Assembly: GCA_051599415.1 (NCBI GenBank)
Contig: AP039710.1
Span: 1-64,000 of the forward strand
DNA: 64,000 bases
Direction of reading: 5' to 3'
From: Savitreella phatthalungensis
Taxonomy: Eukaryota
Position numbers and translations under genes: made by a program. Position 1 is the first letter of the stretch, and each line of letters starts with the position of its first letter. Shown here in pieces: positions 52,241 through 62,773 of this stretch. The notes below the pieces were generated by a model. It worked only from the letters and a program-made list of their open reading frames with translations, ran no database searches and was not told where the DNA came from.

Positions 52241-55200
52241 CTACTTTGTCTTGAGCGTCATCTTGATGTTCATCGCGGCAAGCTCGGCACTGAGGTAGCG
52301 GAACACGTACGGGATAGCGACCTTGGCCACGTTGTCACCGCCAGTGTATCGCATGCCGTTGAGCTCCCAGATCTCGTCGCTGTACTCGTGGCCGGTGGCC
52401 TGCTTAGCGCACACAAGGCACTTGATTGAGCCGTGCATGCCTGCTGCGGCAGAGACAGATCCGCCTGCGGCCCCACTTCCACCAGCAAGGCTGCTCTGAA
52501 TTCGCAAGGTCGACAAGATCGAGCCGCAACGCCGGCAGACATAACACGTGTCATAGTCGCTGCAGTTATTTAGTCGATCCTGAAGGATGAAGGATGCACC
52601 GTGAGCGATGATAGAGTCGCGCTCCATCTCACCGAAACGGATACCACCGCCGCGCTTACGGCCCTTGACAGGCTGGTGGGTGAGCGGGGAGATTGGGCCT
52701 GTAGTTCGGACCTGGAACTTGTCGTTGACCATGTGCCTGAGACGCTGGTAGTACACAAGACCGATGTAGATGTCAGCCTTGAACTCCTCGCCCGTCACAC
52801 CGGAGTACATCGGCTCATTCCCGTGGTAATTGAAACCCTGCTCTGCGAGCTGCTTGCCGAAGAAGTCGGCAGCAGTCTCCTGCTCGCTGAAGGTGAACGG
52901 TGTCGCATCCTGAGCACAGCCCTTGAGTGCGCCAGCCTTGCCGGCGATCGACTCCACGAACATGCCGATCGTCATTCGAGAAGGGAAAGCGTGAGGGTTG
53001 ATGATGACGTCTGGCTGCATGCCAGACTCGCTGAACGGCATGTCGATCGCCGGGTACTTCTGTGAGCACACTCCCTTCTGGCCGTGGCGAGATGAGAACT
53101 TGTCGCCAATGACAGGTGAACGTGGAACGCGGAGCTGGACCTGGAGGACCTGACACTCTGTGTCACCGGCATCGCTGCCTAGAACACGGACTTCGTCCAC
53201 ATATGCGTCTTCCGAGCCGTGGTATTCTACCACCTGACACTTACCAGTCACGTCGTCATAATAGGCTGCGAGCGGATCACCGTCTGTCAGCTTGACACCG
53301 ACGAACGGCAGACCGTCCTGGTCCAGATGGAATTCAGTCCTCTTTGGCTTGGGATTATTACCAAAGCCGAAGTGGAGGTGGTTTGCCTCGCCTCTGCGAA
53401 GCTTCTCCTTCAGATCGATTTTCTGGGATTTGTAGATGGAGCCATAGCCGAAACCACGCTCGTGAGCACTCTTGTTGATAATCATGGCGTCTTCCATGTC
53501 ATAGCCTGTGTAGGAGATGACTGCGACGACGGCGTTTGTGCCTTGAGGGAAGTTGTCCATGCCGTATTGGTCGTGCATTGCCGGTCGTACAATCGGAGTC
53601 TGAGGCGTCTGGATGCGATAGAGCTTGTTGTCTGTCCGGTGGCGAAGAGCAGTGGCAGGTGTTCCCATGGTCTGCTTACCCATCTGGCACTGGTAAATAC
53701 AACGGGGAGACTGGTTGAAATCTGAGAAGGGCGTCAGATTTGCGACGACAGAGAGCATGCTGGTTGGTGCATACTCCTGATGGGTTGACACGCCCTGGAT
53801 CACTTCGTCCTCGAGGCAAGCAATGTCCATGTAGACCTGCTCGAAAGAGCCGATGAGGTCGGCTCGCGTCTTCGACTCGCCGAGGTATTTCACCGGCCGC
53901 ATCATGCGACTTGCATTTGCAAACAGGAACAATCCTGGGTACTGTCCGCCGCGAGAGGGTGGCACAAAGCCGATTTCGATGTCGAGCGGAATACCCTCCT
54001 TACCCCGGACTTTGGCTTCCCGCAACCGCTGCGCAATCTTAGCTGCATCCTTATGGGAGCAGGATCCGATGATCCGACCGTCGAGCTGGACTGTGCTACG
54101 ATCACGGCCGGCGATAGAGACCTTGCTGACAGGATCGATAGATTGTGACTGAAGCCACGTGATCAGATTATTTGTCTCTGAGGGGACTGTTGTGATTTGG
54201 CATTTGTGGGCAAGATGATTGAGCAGTCCACAGGGCGATCCGTCCGGAGTGTGCACGGGGCATAAGAATCCCCATGATTCGGGCAAGAGCTTGCGGACTG
54301 TGGTGGTCTTGAGCTCTGCAAAGAAGGCACCACGGTGGACCATGCGGAAGTGGGATAGGAAGCGGTAGAAGTTGAGCTTTTCCGCCACGACAGTGTATCC
54401 GGTCGTCTGCTGAAGGTCGAGACCTGTATTGGAAACAAGGTTGCCGGTGGAAAGGAAGTAGTTGAGCTTCTTTCCGACATCGCAATTGACTTTAGAGAGG
54501 GCCTTTGAGAGGTAGCGTCCGTTGAAGAAGTCAACAGTGCTAGCGGTCTGTTGCCTGCGAAGGTCAAGGGCGATCTGGCTTCGGAGGCCACGCAAGCAGT
54601 CTTCAAGCTTCTCCTTCATGATCTGCCCGTAGAGGAAGCCGCCGAGCAGTATCTCCTGATGTGCAGGTGAGTCAGGGTTGTCGGCGCAGCACTCGCCGGC
54701 GACGAGGGCATAGAGCTTTCGAATCATGAAGATGAGCGTCTGGAACTTGTCCTTATTGTCCGTTAGGTGGACGAGGACAATGCGTCGAAGGACACGTCGG
54801 CCGACCGCTTCATCATCCTCGTCCTCGGGAGCGGCCATGACGATTCTGAACTTTGCGCCAAGGTATTCGAGGGTCTTCTGCTGTGAGTGCAGCGCGTAGG
54901 ACTTGTACCCTCTTAGCAGGAGTTCGACACGATCTGTCAGGAATGTGTTTGTGGTCTCTGTACCGACAATGGCATTGAAGACATCGAGGTCTGAGCAGCT
55001 GACGAGTGCCTTGAGTACCATCATCGCAGGGACAAGATACTCGTTCTTCTGCCAGCTGAACCGGAACACGCACGTGCCGTCGGACAGGTAGTGCATAGTA
55101 TTTGTGAGAGAAGTCTGATCCGGTCGAACGGAACGGATCTGGGTACCAAACTCAGTGTAGCTACTGCCACGATTTTGAAAGCTGCCGCGGACGAGTGCGA

Positions 55201-55978
55201 TGACGTTGTTCCGCCGTGGCAAGATGAGCATGCGAATGAGCTTTTCGATACCGTTGACGATGAAATAGCCGCCCATCTCTTCTGACTCCTCCTTGTGGTG
55301 GACAAGCTGGCTTGGGGAGAGGTTGTGGAGATGACAGCGGTTGGATCGGACCATGATGGGAAGCTGACCGGCGTCGACTGTGGTGTTGTTCCATTGTTCG
55401 TCGTCATTGACTCGCCAGGAGAGCTTGAAGGAGAGTCTACCCCTGTAGGTGACGAGACGCTCTCTTGCCTCTGATGGATAGATTTTACGCTGAAGTGCGT
55501 CGCGATCACGCCTGTCTACCTGCGGCGTGGTGCAGGCTACGTCGCTGAGCTTGAACTCGAGCCTGTTGCCGAGGCCGTTGTTGCGTCTTTCCTCCTTGCG
55601 GTCAAAGATGACGACTGGCTCGATGTCGTTTGCTGCTAGTTCGAGAATACCTCCGTCGAAGAGGGCATCGAATGAGTCGACGTGTGGCTTTGTGGCTTGC
55701 ATGAGCTCTGGATAGGCACTCTTGTCCTTTGGCGGGTTCTGGAAGAGCTTTTGCCTGCGCAAGGTGCCAAAGTCTGTCTTTGGCCGTGCGGCTAGGACAG
55801 ATGTGGTAGAGCCGTTGAATCTGTGCTTATAAGATGCATCGGCAGGAGCAGGAGCAAGAGCAGGGTCTGGGACGTCCACTTTACTTGATCGTGATTTGTG
55901 TGACTTTGACTTTGACTTTGTCTTTGGTGCTGTCTGAGGCTGATGATGATCATCTTCTGCCGATGTCTTGCGTGCCAT
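52241..55978 (-). CDS. RPA135: RNA polymerase I second-largest subunit
   Basis: GGYFIVNGIEKLIR, HRGAFFAELKTTTVRKLLPESWGFLCPVHTPDG, GDKFSSRHGQKG, YYQRLRHMVNDKFQVR, GGIRFGEMERD. Confidence 0.97.
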   Translation of the reverse strand: MARKTSAEDDHHQPQTAPKTKSKSKSHKSRSSKVDVPDPALAPAPADASYKHRFNGSTTSVLAARPKTDFGTLRRQKLFQNPPKDKSAYPELMQATKPHVDSFDALFDGGILELAANDIEPVVIFDRKEERRNNGLGNRLEFKLSDVACTTPQVDRRDRDALQRKIYPSEARERLVTYRGRLSFKLSWRVNDDEQWNNTTVDAGQLPIMVRSNRCHLHNLSPSQLVHHKEESEEMGGYFIVNGIEKLIRMLILPRRNNVIALVRGSFQNRGSSYTEFGTQIRSVRPDQTSLTNTMHYLSDGTCVFRFSWQKNEYLVPAMMVLKALVSCSDLDVFNAIVGTETTNTFLTDRVELLLRGYKSYALHSQQKTLEYLGAKFRIVMAAPEDEDDEAVGRRVLRRIVLVHLTDNKDKFQTLIFMIRKLYALVAGECCADNPDSPAHQEILLGGFLYGQIMKEKLEDCLRGLRSQIALDLRRQQTASTVDFFNGRYLSKALSKVNCDVGKKLNYFLSTGNLVSNTGLDLQQTTGYTVVAEKLNFYRFLSHFRMVHRGAFFAELKTTTVRKLLPESWGFLCPVHTPDGSPCGLLNHLAHKCQITTVPSETNNLITWLQSQSIDPVSKVSIAGRDRSTVQLDGRIIGSCSHKDAAKIAQRLREAKVRGKEGIPLDIEIGFVPPSRGGQYPGLFLFANASRMMRPVKYLGESKTRADLIGSFEQVYMDIACLEDEVIQGVSTHQEYAPTSMLSVVANLTPFSDFNQSPRCIYQCQMGKQTMGTPATALRHRTDNKLYRIQTPQTPIVRPAMHDQYGMDNFPQGTNAVVAVISYTGYDMEDAMIINKSAHERGFGYGSIYKSQKIDLKEKLRRGEANHLHFGFGNNPKPKRTEFHLDQDGLPFVGVKLTDGDPLAAYYDDVTGKCQVVEYHGSEDAYVDEVRVLGSDAGDTECQVLQVQLRVPRSPVIGDKFSSRHGQKGVCSQKYPAIDMPFSESGMQPDVIINPHAFPSRMTIGMFVESIAGKAGALKGCAQDATPFTFSEQETAADFFGKQLAEQGFNYHGNEPMYSGVTGEEFKADIYIGLVYYQRLRHMVNDKFQVRTTGPISPLTHQPVKGRKRGGGIRFGEMERDSIIAHGASFILQDRLNNCSDYDTCYVCRRCGSILSTLRIQSSLAGGSGAAGGSVSAAAGMHGSIKCLVCAKQATGHEYSDEIWELNGMRYTGGDNVAKVAIPYVFRYLSAELAAMNIKMTLKTK

Positions 55979-56425
55979 CTTGTGGGAAGAGCGAGACTCG
56001 GCTTATCAGGGCCTAGGAGGCGAGCAGGTGTATGGTTGGATGGTGAGGAGAGGTTTTGAGAGAAGTTGGTGAGTTGGAGGAAGGAAGGGATTGGTGAAGA
56101 GGTGTCTGAGGTGGAGGAGAATGACTGCTGAATGAGGAGTGTGTAAGCGATGAGTAGCTCAGCAGATGTAGAGTCTGACTGGAGTGTGAGTTGATGATGT
56201 ATTGAAGATGAACGTTGTGGTCTACAGGCTGTTGTAGAGAGGGAGGGCTACCCAGTGGATATGGTGAGGTGGATATAGGTTGAATGTTCAGGTACGTAGT
56301 TGGTGCATATCAGTACAGAATGTGTGATCTATTTTGGATTGTGCGGGTGAGAGTCAGAGCGAGAGTGAAATTGATATCATATGAATGCAGGATATTTGAT
56401 GAGCTGGTCGATCGTGCATCTCAAT

Positions 56426-56500
56426 TTGAATTGAACTGAATTAGATTGAATTGAATTGAATTGAATTAGATTGAATTGAATTGAATTGAATTGAATTGAA
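56426..56500. repeat. (TTGAA)15 imperfect pentanucleotide microsatellite
   Basis: ttgaa units with ctgaa and ttaga variants. Confidence 0.9.
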
Positions 56501-57581
56501 TGAAATCGTTTGCATGCTGCAGATTGATTCCTTCATGGAGTGACTGAGAGTGCGTGGAGTAAGTGAGTGAGGAAGTGAGGAAGTGAGTGAGTGAAGTGAA
56601 TGAATGGAGTGAATGAGTGAATGAGTGGAATCCCTGCATCTTCACTCCATTCTAACACTCCAGTCACTTCACTTCAATCCACTCCAATCCACCCACTCGA
56701 ATGCTCCTGATTTTCCTTCGACGGAATATCTACTGTCCACGTGATCCAGATCGATTCCGTTCCACCACATGACACCTCTAATGTATAGTACACGTACAGA
56801 GTATATACTGTACTGTAATTGTCCCAGGTGAATACATTTGTATTTGATGAAGAGTTAATCTAATAATATTGTATTTAATTAGTTGACCGGATGAGTACTG
56901 CAAATCACCCATGCAGTTTACAGTGTTGCTACTGCTTTTACTGCTGCTATTGTTACTGTTACTGTTACTGCTACTGCATTCATCCATCCATCCATTCACT
57001 CTGATCACTCACTCACTCACTCTCACTCACTCACTCATTCAATCACTCGACATCATTCACTCCATTCATCACAATCATCCGCACTCTCACGCGTCATCCC
57101 ATCTCCGGCACTCATCATCAATCCTCTTTACAGTGCACAGCATAACACTCTTCTACGCTCCATCAAGCCAAGATCAACCCAAGAGACTCACGGACAGCTC
57201 TCCAAACTCCAAGCCTCTCAAAATCCCTTCATCCTTCACCCATTCTCATCTCTGTCTCTCCACCCTCATCATTCATAAATCTGCTTGATCCCTACAGGAG
57301 ATTGCATTGGAGATGTACTAGTCCCGTCACAGCTTCCACGCTTGCATCTCTCCTGTGGATTCATCCATCCGTCCAGTGGGCTACAACACAACCATCAGCA
57401 CGTCTTTCCAAAGCTCAAGCTTCACCCGGACAACTGCTTGCTCAACGTCAAATTTGATCCACAACGACATTGGGAAATCCCCTATTCTCCGCCTTCAGCA
57501 CATCGTCCCGAGGATATTCACCCGTCTCACACGCGCTTCCCCGGATCGGATAAAATTCCTCAAATACACTCGTAACATCTC

Positions 57582-60575
57582 ATGCCAGATGACGACCTCC
57601 TACATCATTCAAACATGGAAGAGGTCGAGGCGGCGGGCTCGCCAAATTTGACGACTCAAGGTGTCAATCAACCCAACGGCCACGCCCATGAACGTGCTCC
57701 CGATCACATACTTGACACCGCAATGGACGGTTCGACCATCAATGGCGCAATGACCACAGGCTCAGCCAGACCAGAGAAAACTACGGCCAAGGACGCCAAA
57801 TCTGTCCTGCCACATATACAGGACCGCATGATACCCATCAGTCACATCGTCACTGCACTCACGCGCCAAGCAATGCGCGATCTCCACACCCTCAGAGAAA
57901 CAATGACAGACATGGTCGATCAGAAGCGTAAACGCAGGCTCGTTGAGTACGTCGCAAATTACAGGGCAGAATTCGCCAAACTCATCGTCCTCGCACACTG
58001 GGCCAGGCGCGTAGCAGAGGTCAGGACTGCGATCGATGTTCGCGCTTGGCTACAGGGACAGAAGAACTGCTTCGACAATCTCTATGCTGTCCTTCGATTC
58101 GACATCCTCAACCAGATGCAATTTGCCAAGATACCCAGTGCGGACCTGAAAACAGCACTAGACGTCCTCACCACAGGAACGCTTCCAGAACTCCGGACAG
58201 GCATCTGCGCAGGCAGACCGAGCGAGCACGACAAGACGCCGTTGGCCGACGATGAACGCCGCAAGATCCACCAAACGATTGAGACGCATCTCACTCTCAG
58301 ATTGGCCTTGCACGAGACCATACCATCACAATTTGCGAGCCCCAGCATTTCAGAGGGCAAAGCGACCTTCTGCGTCGCCCGTGAATTCGACCTCGACCTT
58401 ACAAGCACCAGCACAGACGTCGCAGCAGCAACTTACCCTTGGCGCTTCGTCGATGTCCGACTTCTCGGTCCCGAAGACGAGGAGCCACACCTCGACCCGA
58501 GGTTGAAGCGCGACTTGAAACATGCTGTCGATCACGTCCTTTTCAAGGCTCGTACAGCAGGCTCAAGTCAACTCGAGGCTGCATACAGGCTTGTGCACGA
58601 CTTCGTCCTCGCGGCCAGGTTCGAACAGCTGATTCAACTCCTGACGGGCCTGAACGGCATTGAGCTCGACCTCCGGATAGACGTGACACCGGCGCGCAAT
58701 TCTTTCACTGTCACATACTGGTCGGCAACACTGGCATCGCATTCGCGAGCACCGTCCTTCACCGTCGAGCGCGACAACCAGACGAGACAACTCCGAGTCC
58801 TTGGCGGTATTGATAGAATCGTCTTGCCGATCGATGTGTTCGCCTCAACAGCAAAGGCGATCATCCAGTACGTGGTCGCTCAACACGTGCGTACCCTCCT
58901 GACCGAGATCCGCGACGCGCTTCATATCAAAGGTCATGATGCCCGCATCGGCGATACAGCCTCAGAGCTATCCCTTGTGTTTGGTGCTGGCGAGACACTC
59001 CAGGTGCGCATCGAGCCTATCAAGGGACAATTCCAGGTTAGCCTCGATAATACCAACCGAGACAATCTAAACAAATTGCAAAACGAGCTGCGACATTCGC
59101 CCAATGCCGTCGGTAGAGCAGCCGTCCTGGAAGATTTTGTCCAGCGCCGTCTCAGGCAGTCGATCATTCACGCCGCTTCCCTTGCTGGCTGGGTATTCAA
59201 GGACATGCAGGACTCATCACTCCCGCGGGACGAATTTGCTCAGGCTGGCGCCAGCACCGTTGGTAATGCACTCTTCTTCACGCGAAAAACAGCCGGCTGG
59301 TTCGACGTCAATGGTAACAGCGCCTGGTTCGCAGTCGCCCTGCTCAAGGGAGCGACCAGCTGGACATGGCATATCGCGGAGACCGCAGTTCTGAACAATG
59401 CCTGGAAGCTTCAGTGGCTCGAACCCTTGGGTATAGATCCCATCACGGTTGACGCCGATGGCGAGATGGACTCTGTCAAGTTCTATCAGCGACTGATGTA
59501 CTTGTGCACTGCCAAGGTCATCATCTTGCAGCTGCAACGCGGGCTTGCCGAGCGTGGTCTCATGTCCAAGGTCTCGCTTGACGTCGATGATCCGACAAAG
59601 CCGCCCGTGGCTCTCGTTGCGGCACGTGACCTAATCGGTCCTGCTGCAGACAACTGGCTAGGTCCGTTGCTGCGCTGGCGCATCGCCGGACTATACTCTT
59701 GTTCTGGAATGCATCTCAGACTTGTATTCGATCTTGTCGAGATCGACGCTACTAGTCTCGTTGCCAGTGGTCTTCTCATTAACGATGGCAAGAGCTACAG
59801 TATCAGCGTCCCCTGCTCCGTTGAAACGCCAGCACGCGTCCTCATCGACAGCATGCTCCTCGCCTGGCAGAGCATTTATATTCTTGTAAGCATGCTCTCC
59901 GACACTCGTCGCTTCGCCAAGTACGCCTCAGCGACGATTGAAAGTGCCACCACAGTATCATTCGAATATGGCCTTTCGGACTCCAAGAAGCACCAGCTCT
60001 TGCTCAACATAGCCACGGGCTCGCCGGGTATGACTCTGGTGCAAGGTCGCTCGCGTAACCCGCACAAGCGAATCGAGCACTACCTAGCCGCCGACGCGGC
60101 TATCTTCAGAACGAATGCATGCGCCCTCCTCGGGATCCTGGCTCTGACCGAGCCGGTGCTCGTGCAGCTTGATGCCTTCGAGCAGCTCGAGATTGAGAAA
60201 CCGTCATTTTACGTAATCGCGCGATCTGCAGCACACTACCGCCTTGTATACCCGTCAAGGAATGCACAACTCGACGTACGCGCCAGGATCAACTCGACCG
60301 CGAATCAGGAAGATCGAGTAACGTGGCTAGTCACAGATCCGACGATCGTCAAGCCGGGCACATCCACGAAGCTCGCCTGTAAGCAGGTGTTTGAGCGCGG
60401 GATCGATCCTTTGACAACGACGCCGATGACGCACGGCGTCAGATGCCATGCAAAGGCGGTCTGTGAGGTGCTTGAGCAATGTCACAACGCGGTTCTATCT
60501 CAGCAATCGACTGCTCGACCGCCAGCGTCCACGGGTAAGCAGCAGTCGCAGAAGCAGAAGAACAAAAGCAGGTGA
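57582..60575 (+). CDS. MED14: Mediator subunit 14 (Rgr1)
   Basis: RKRRLVEYVANYRAEFAKLIVLAHW, AKIPSADLKTALDVLTTG, GKATFCVAREFDLDLT..WRFVDVRLL. Confidence 0.85.
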   Translation: MPDDDLLHHSNMEEVEAAGSPNLTTQGVNQPNGHAHERAPDHILDTAMDGSTINGAMTTGSARPEKTTAKDAKSVLPHIQDRMIPISHIVTALTRQAMRDLHTLRETMTDMVDQKRKRRLVEYVANYRAEFAKLIVLAHWARRVAEVRTAIDVRAWLQGQKNCFDNLYAVLRFDILNQMQFAKIPSADLKTALDVLTTGTLPELRTGICAGRPSEHDKTPLADDERRKIHQTIETHLTLRLALHETIPSQFASPSISEGKATFCVAREFDLDLTSTSTDVAAATYPWRFVDVRLLGPEDEEPHLDPRLKRDLKHAVDHVLFKARTAGSSQLEAAYRLVHDFVLAARFEQLIQLLTGLNGIELDLRIDVTPARNSFTVTYWSATLASHSRAPSFTVERDNQTRQLRVLGGIDRIVLPIDVFASTAKAIIQYVVAQHVRTLLTEIRDALHIKGHDARIGDTASELSLVFGAGETLQVRIEPIKGQFQVSLDNTNRDNLNKLQNELRHSPNAVGRAAVLEDFVQRRLRQSIIHAASLAGWVFKDMQDSSLPRDEFAQAGASTVGNALFFTRKTAGWFDVNGNSAWFAVALLKGATSWTWHIAETAVLNNAWKLQWLEPLGIDPITVDADGEMDSVKFYQRLMYLCTAKVIILQLQRGLAERGLMSKVSLDVDDPTKPPVALVAARDLIGPAADNWLGPLLRWRIAGLYSCSGMHLRLVFDLVEIDATSLVASGLLINDGKSYSISVPCSVETPARVLIDSMLLAWQSIYILVSMLSDTRRFAKYASATIESATTVSFEYGLSDSKKHQLLLNIATGSPGMTLVQGRSRNPHKRIEHYLAADAAIFRTNACALLGILALTEPVLVQLDAFEQLEIEKPSFYVIARSAAHYRLVYPSRNAQLDVRARINSTANQEDRVTWLVTDPTIVKPGTSTKLACKQVFERGIDPLTTTPMTHGVRCHAKAVCEVLEQCHNAVLSQQSTARPPASTGKQQSQKQKNKSR

Positions 60576-60888
60576 CGACCTGCATCTTTTTGTACACTTT
60601 TTAACGACTTGTTATGACCAACCGCGGTTGCCTGATTGACTGACTCGCCATTCCATGATACGTGTCGTGTCTGTGGTGCCAAGATGAATCCCCAATCCAC
60701 TCATCCCCGCAAAAAGCACAATTGCGAGATGAATTGCTCACATGTCAAAAACAGGACGCAAGAAGACACAAAGCACGAGACGCGTCAAAGTCAAACAACA
60801 GGCTACGCGCTCAGGCTTAAGCGACTGCAAGGCAGCCAATCCCTTGTTCGCGTGTGATCTGTCCTCGATCACGGCACGACACGACGCC

Positions 60889-62652
60889 ATGCCGTCTAAG
60901 GCAGCTGGCAAATCTGGCGGCAAACCATCTAGCAGTGGCAGCATCAAGTCGTCCGACAGTCAGGAAATCTCAAAGCAGGTCGAGCGAGCTACACTGGAAC
61001 ACCCCCTGCGGAGCCTGTTCTCACTTGATGTCCTCGACGGTATTCGTCATGCACGCGATCCCTCCAAGACAACTGCATTGCGCTGGCGCACGCCTGAGTT
61101 CGGGCTCTACTACATCGTATTTGCGGTATGTGTGCCGCTAATGTTCAAGGCGGCAATCGACATCTCCTCACCTTCTCGGCCACAGTACGAGCTCTACAAG
61201 GACATCCTTGAGCCAGGCATCATCCCAGGACGACTTGTCGACAACTCTGACTCACAGTACGCTTCATTCCGCGACCAAGTCCCATTGTTGGCCCTAGTTA
61301 TGCTCGCCCAAGTCGCCCTGCGAAACCTGCTAGACCGTGTCACAAAATCACAAGACCGAGCGAGCCAGCGAATACGGTATGACGTTTTATTCGGCCTAGT
61401 GTTCCTTGGCGTCTTGCACGGCACGGGGCTGCTGAAGCTTGGAATCATCGCTGGCGTTTGCTTCGCAGTGGCGAAGACATTCCGTGGCAGTCGCCTAAAT
61501 CCACTACTGACCTGGACGATCGTAATCTCCCTGCTCTTCTTGAACGAGTGGCACCAGGGCTACAGGTTCGACAGCCTGTCGCCGGCGCTCGCGGCACTCG
61601 ACAACTTCAGCGGCCTACTCGATCGCTGGCACATCCACTTCAACATCACCGCCCTCCGCCTGATATCCTTCAATCTCGACTACTACTGGGCATGTCGCGC
61701 GTCCAAGCGCGAGATCGCCAGCCACGTCCTCTCGGACGACGAGCGGACCCGTGCAGAGACCCCCCTGGACCTGGACGCCTACGCTCCCACCTCATTCATA
61801 GCATACCTTACCTACGCGCCACTCTACCTCGCAGGACCGATCCTGACATACAACAACTACGTCCGCCAGTGTGCGATCCCGGCTAGCACCTTGCAACCTC
61901 GCCGGACGATTCTTTACGGCGTCCGATTCCTGGTGTCTCTGGTGACAATGGAGCTGGTGCTGCACTATATCTACGTGGTGGCGATTGCGAAGCGGTCTGC
62001 CTGGCAAGGACTCTCACCGCTCGAGGTGAGCATGCTAGGGTACTTCAACCTCCACATCATCTGGCTCAAGCTGCTCATCCCATGGCGCTTCTTCCGTTTG
62101 TGGGCGATGGTTGACGGCGTGGAGACGCAGGAGAACATGCTGCGCTGCATGTCGGACAACTACAGCGCGCTCGCCTTCTGGCGGGCCTGGCACAGGTCCT
62201 TCAACAGGTGGATCGTCAGGTACATCTACGTGCCGCTCGGCGGCGCGAAGACAATCCCAGGTGCCCTTCTCAACATCGCAGCAGTCTTCACCTTTGTCGC
62301 CATCTGGCACGACATCTCACTCACCCTCCTCACCTGGGGCTGGCTCATCGTCCTCTTCCTCATCCCGGAGATGGTGGTGACCTCGGTCGCCAAACCGCTC
62401 CGTGGTAAGCCGTACTATCGCCACCTCTGTGCCCTTGGCGGCGTTGCCAACGTGTTGATGATGATGACTGCCAATTTGGTTGGCTTCTGCGTCGGCCTTG
62501 ACGGCCTCAAGGCCATGGTTGCTCAATTGTTTGGGTCGTACGCCGGCTTTGCCTTCCTCGCCATCGCCTCCGCAGCCCTCTTCGTCGGCGTCCAGGTCAT
62601 GTTCGAGGTGCGCGAAGACGAAGCCACCCGCGGCATCCACCTCCGGTGCTAG
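60889..62652 (+). CDS. GUP1: MBOAT acyltransferase Gup1
   Basis: RWRTPEF, DNSDSQYASFR, FNITALRLISFNLDYYW, FWRAWHRSFNRWIVRYIYVPLGG, FTFVAIWHD. Start may be 60742. Confidence 0.93.
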   Translation: MPSKAAGKSGGKPSSSGSIKSSDSQEISKQVERATLEHPLRSLFSLDVLDGIRHARDPSKTTALRWRTPEFGLYYIVFAVCVPLMFKAAIDISSPSRPQYELYKDILEPGIIPGRLVDNSDSQYASFRDQVPLLALVMLAQVALRNLLDRVTKSQDRASQRIRYDVLFGLVFLGVLHGTGLLKLGIIAGVCFAVAKTFRGSRLNPLLTWTIVISLLFLNEWHQGYRFDSLSPALAALDNFSGLLDRWHIHFNITALRLISFNLDYYWACRASKREIASHVLSDDERTRAETPLDLDAYAPTSFIAYLTYAPLYLAGPILTYNNYVRQCAIPASTLQPRRTILYGVRFLVSLVTMELVLHYIYVVAIAKRSAWQGLSPLEVSMLGYFNLHIIWLKLLIPWRFFRLWAMVDGVETQENMLRCMSDNYSALAFWRAWHRSFNRWIVRYIYVPLGGAKTIPGALLNIAAVFTFVAIWHDISLTLLTWGWLIVLFLIPEMVVTSVAKPLRGKPYYRHLCALGGVANVLMMMTANLVGFCVGLDGLKAMVAQLFGSYAGFAFLAIASAALFVGVQVMFEVREDEATRGIHLRC

Positions 62653-62773
62653 TCCTCAACACTACTGTACAAATCATCAGGACGGGCAGAACGAACTGTC
62701 TATCACCTTCTTCACGATGCATATGAATCTCATTTTCTGTTCTCCTAACTGTAATGATCGCTGAAGTTGTAAT

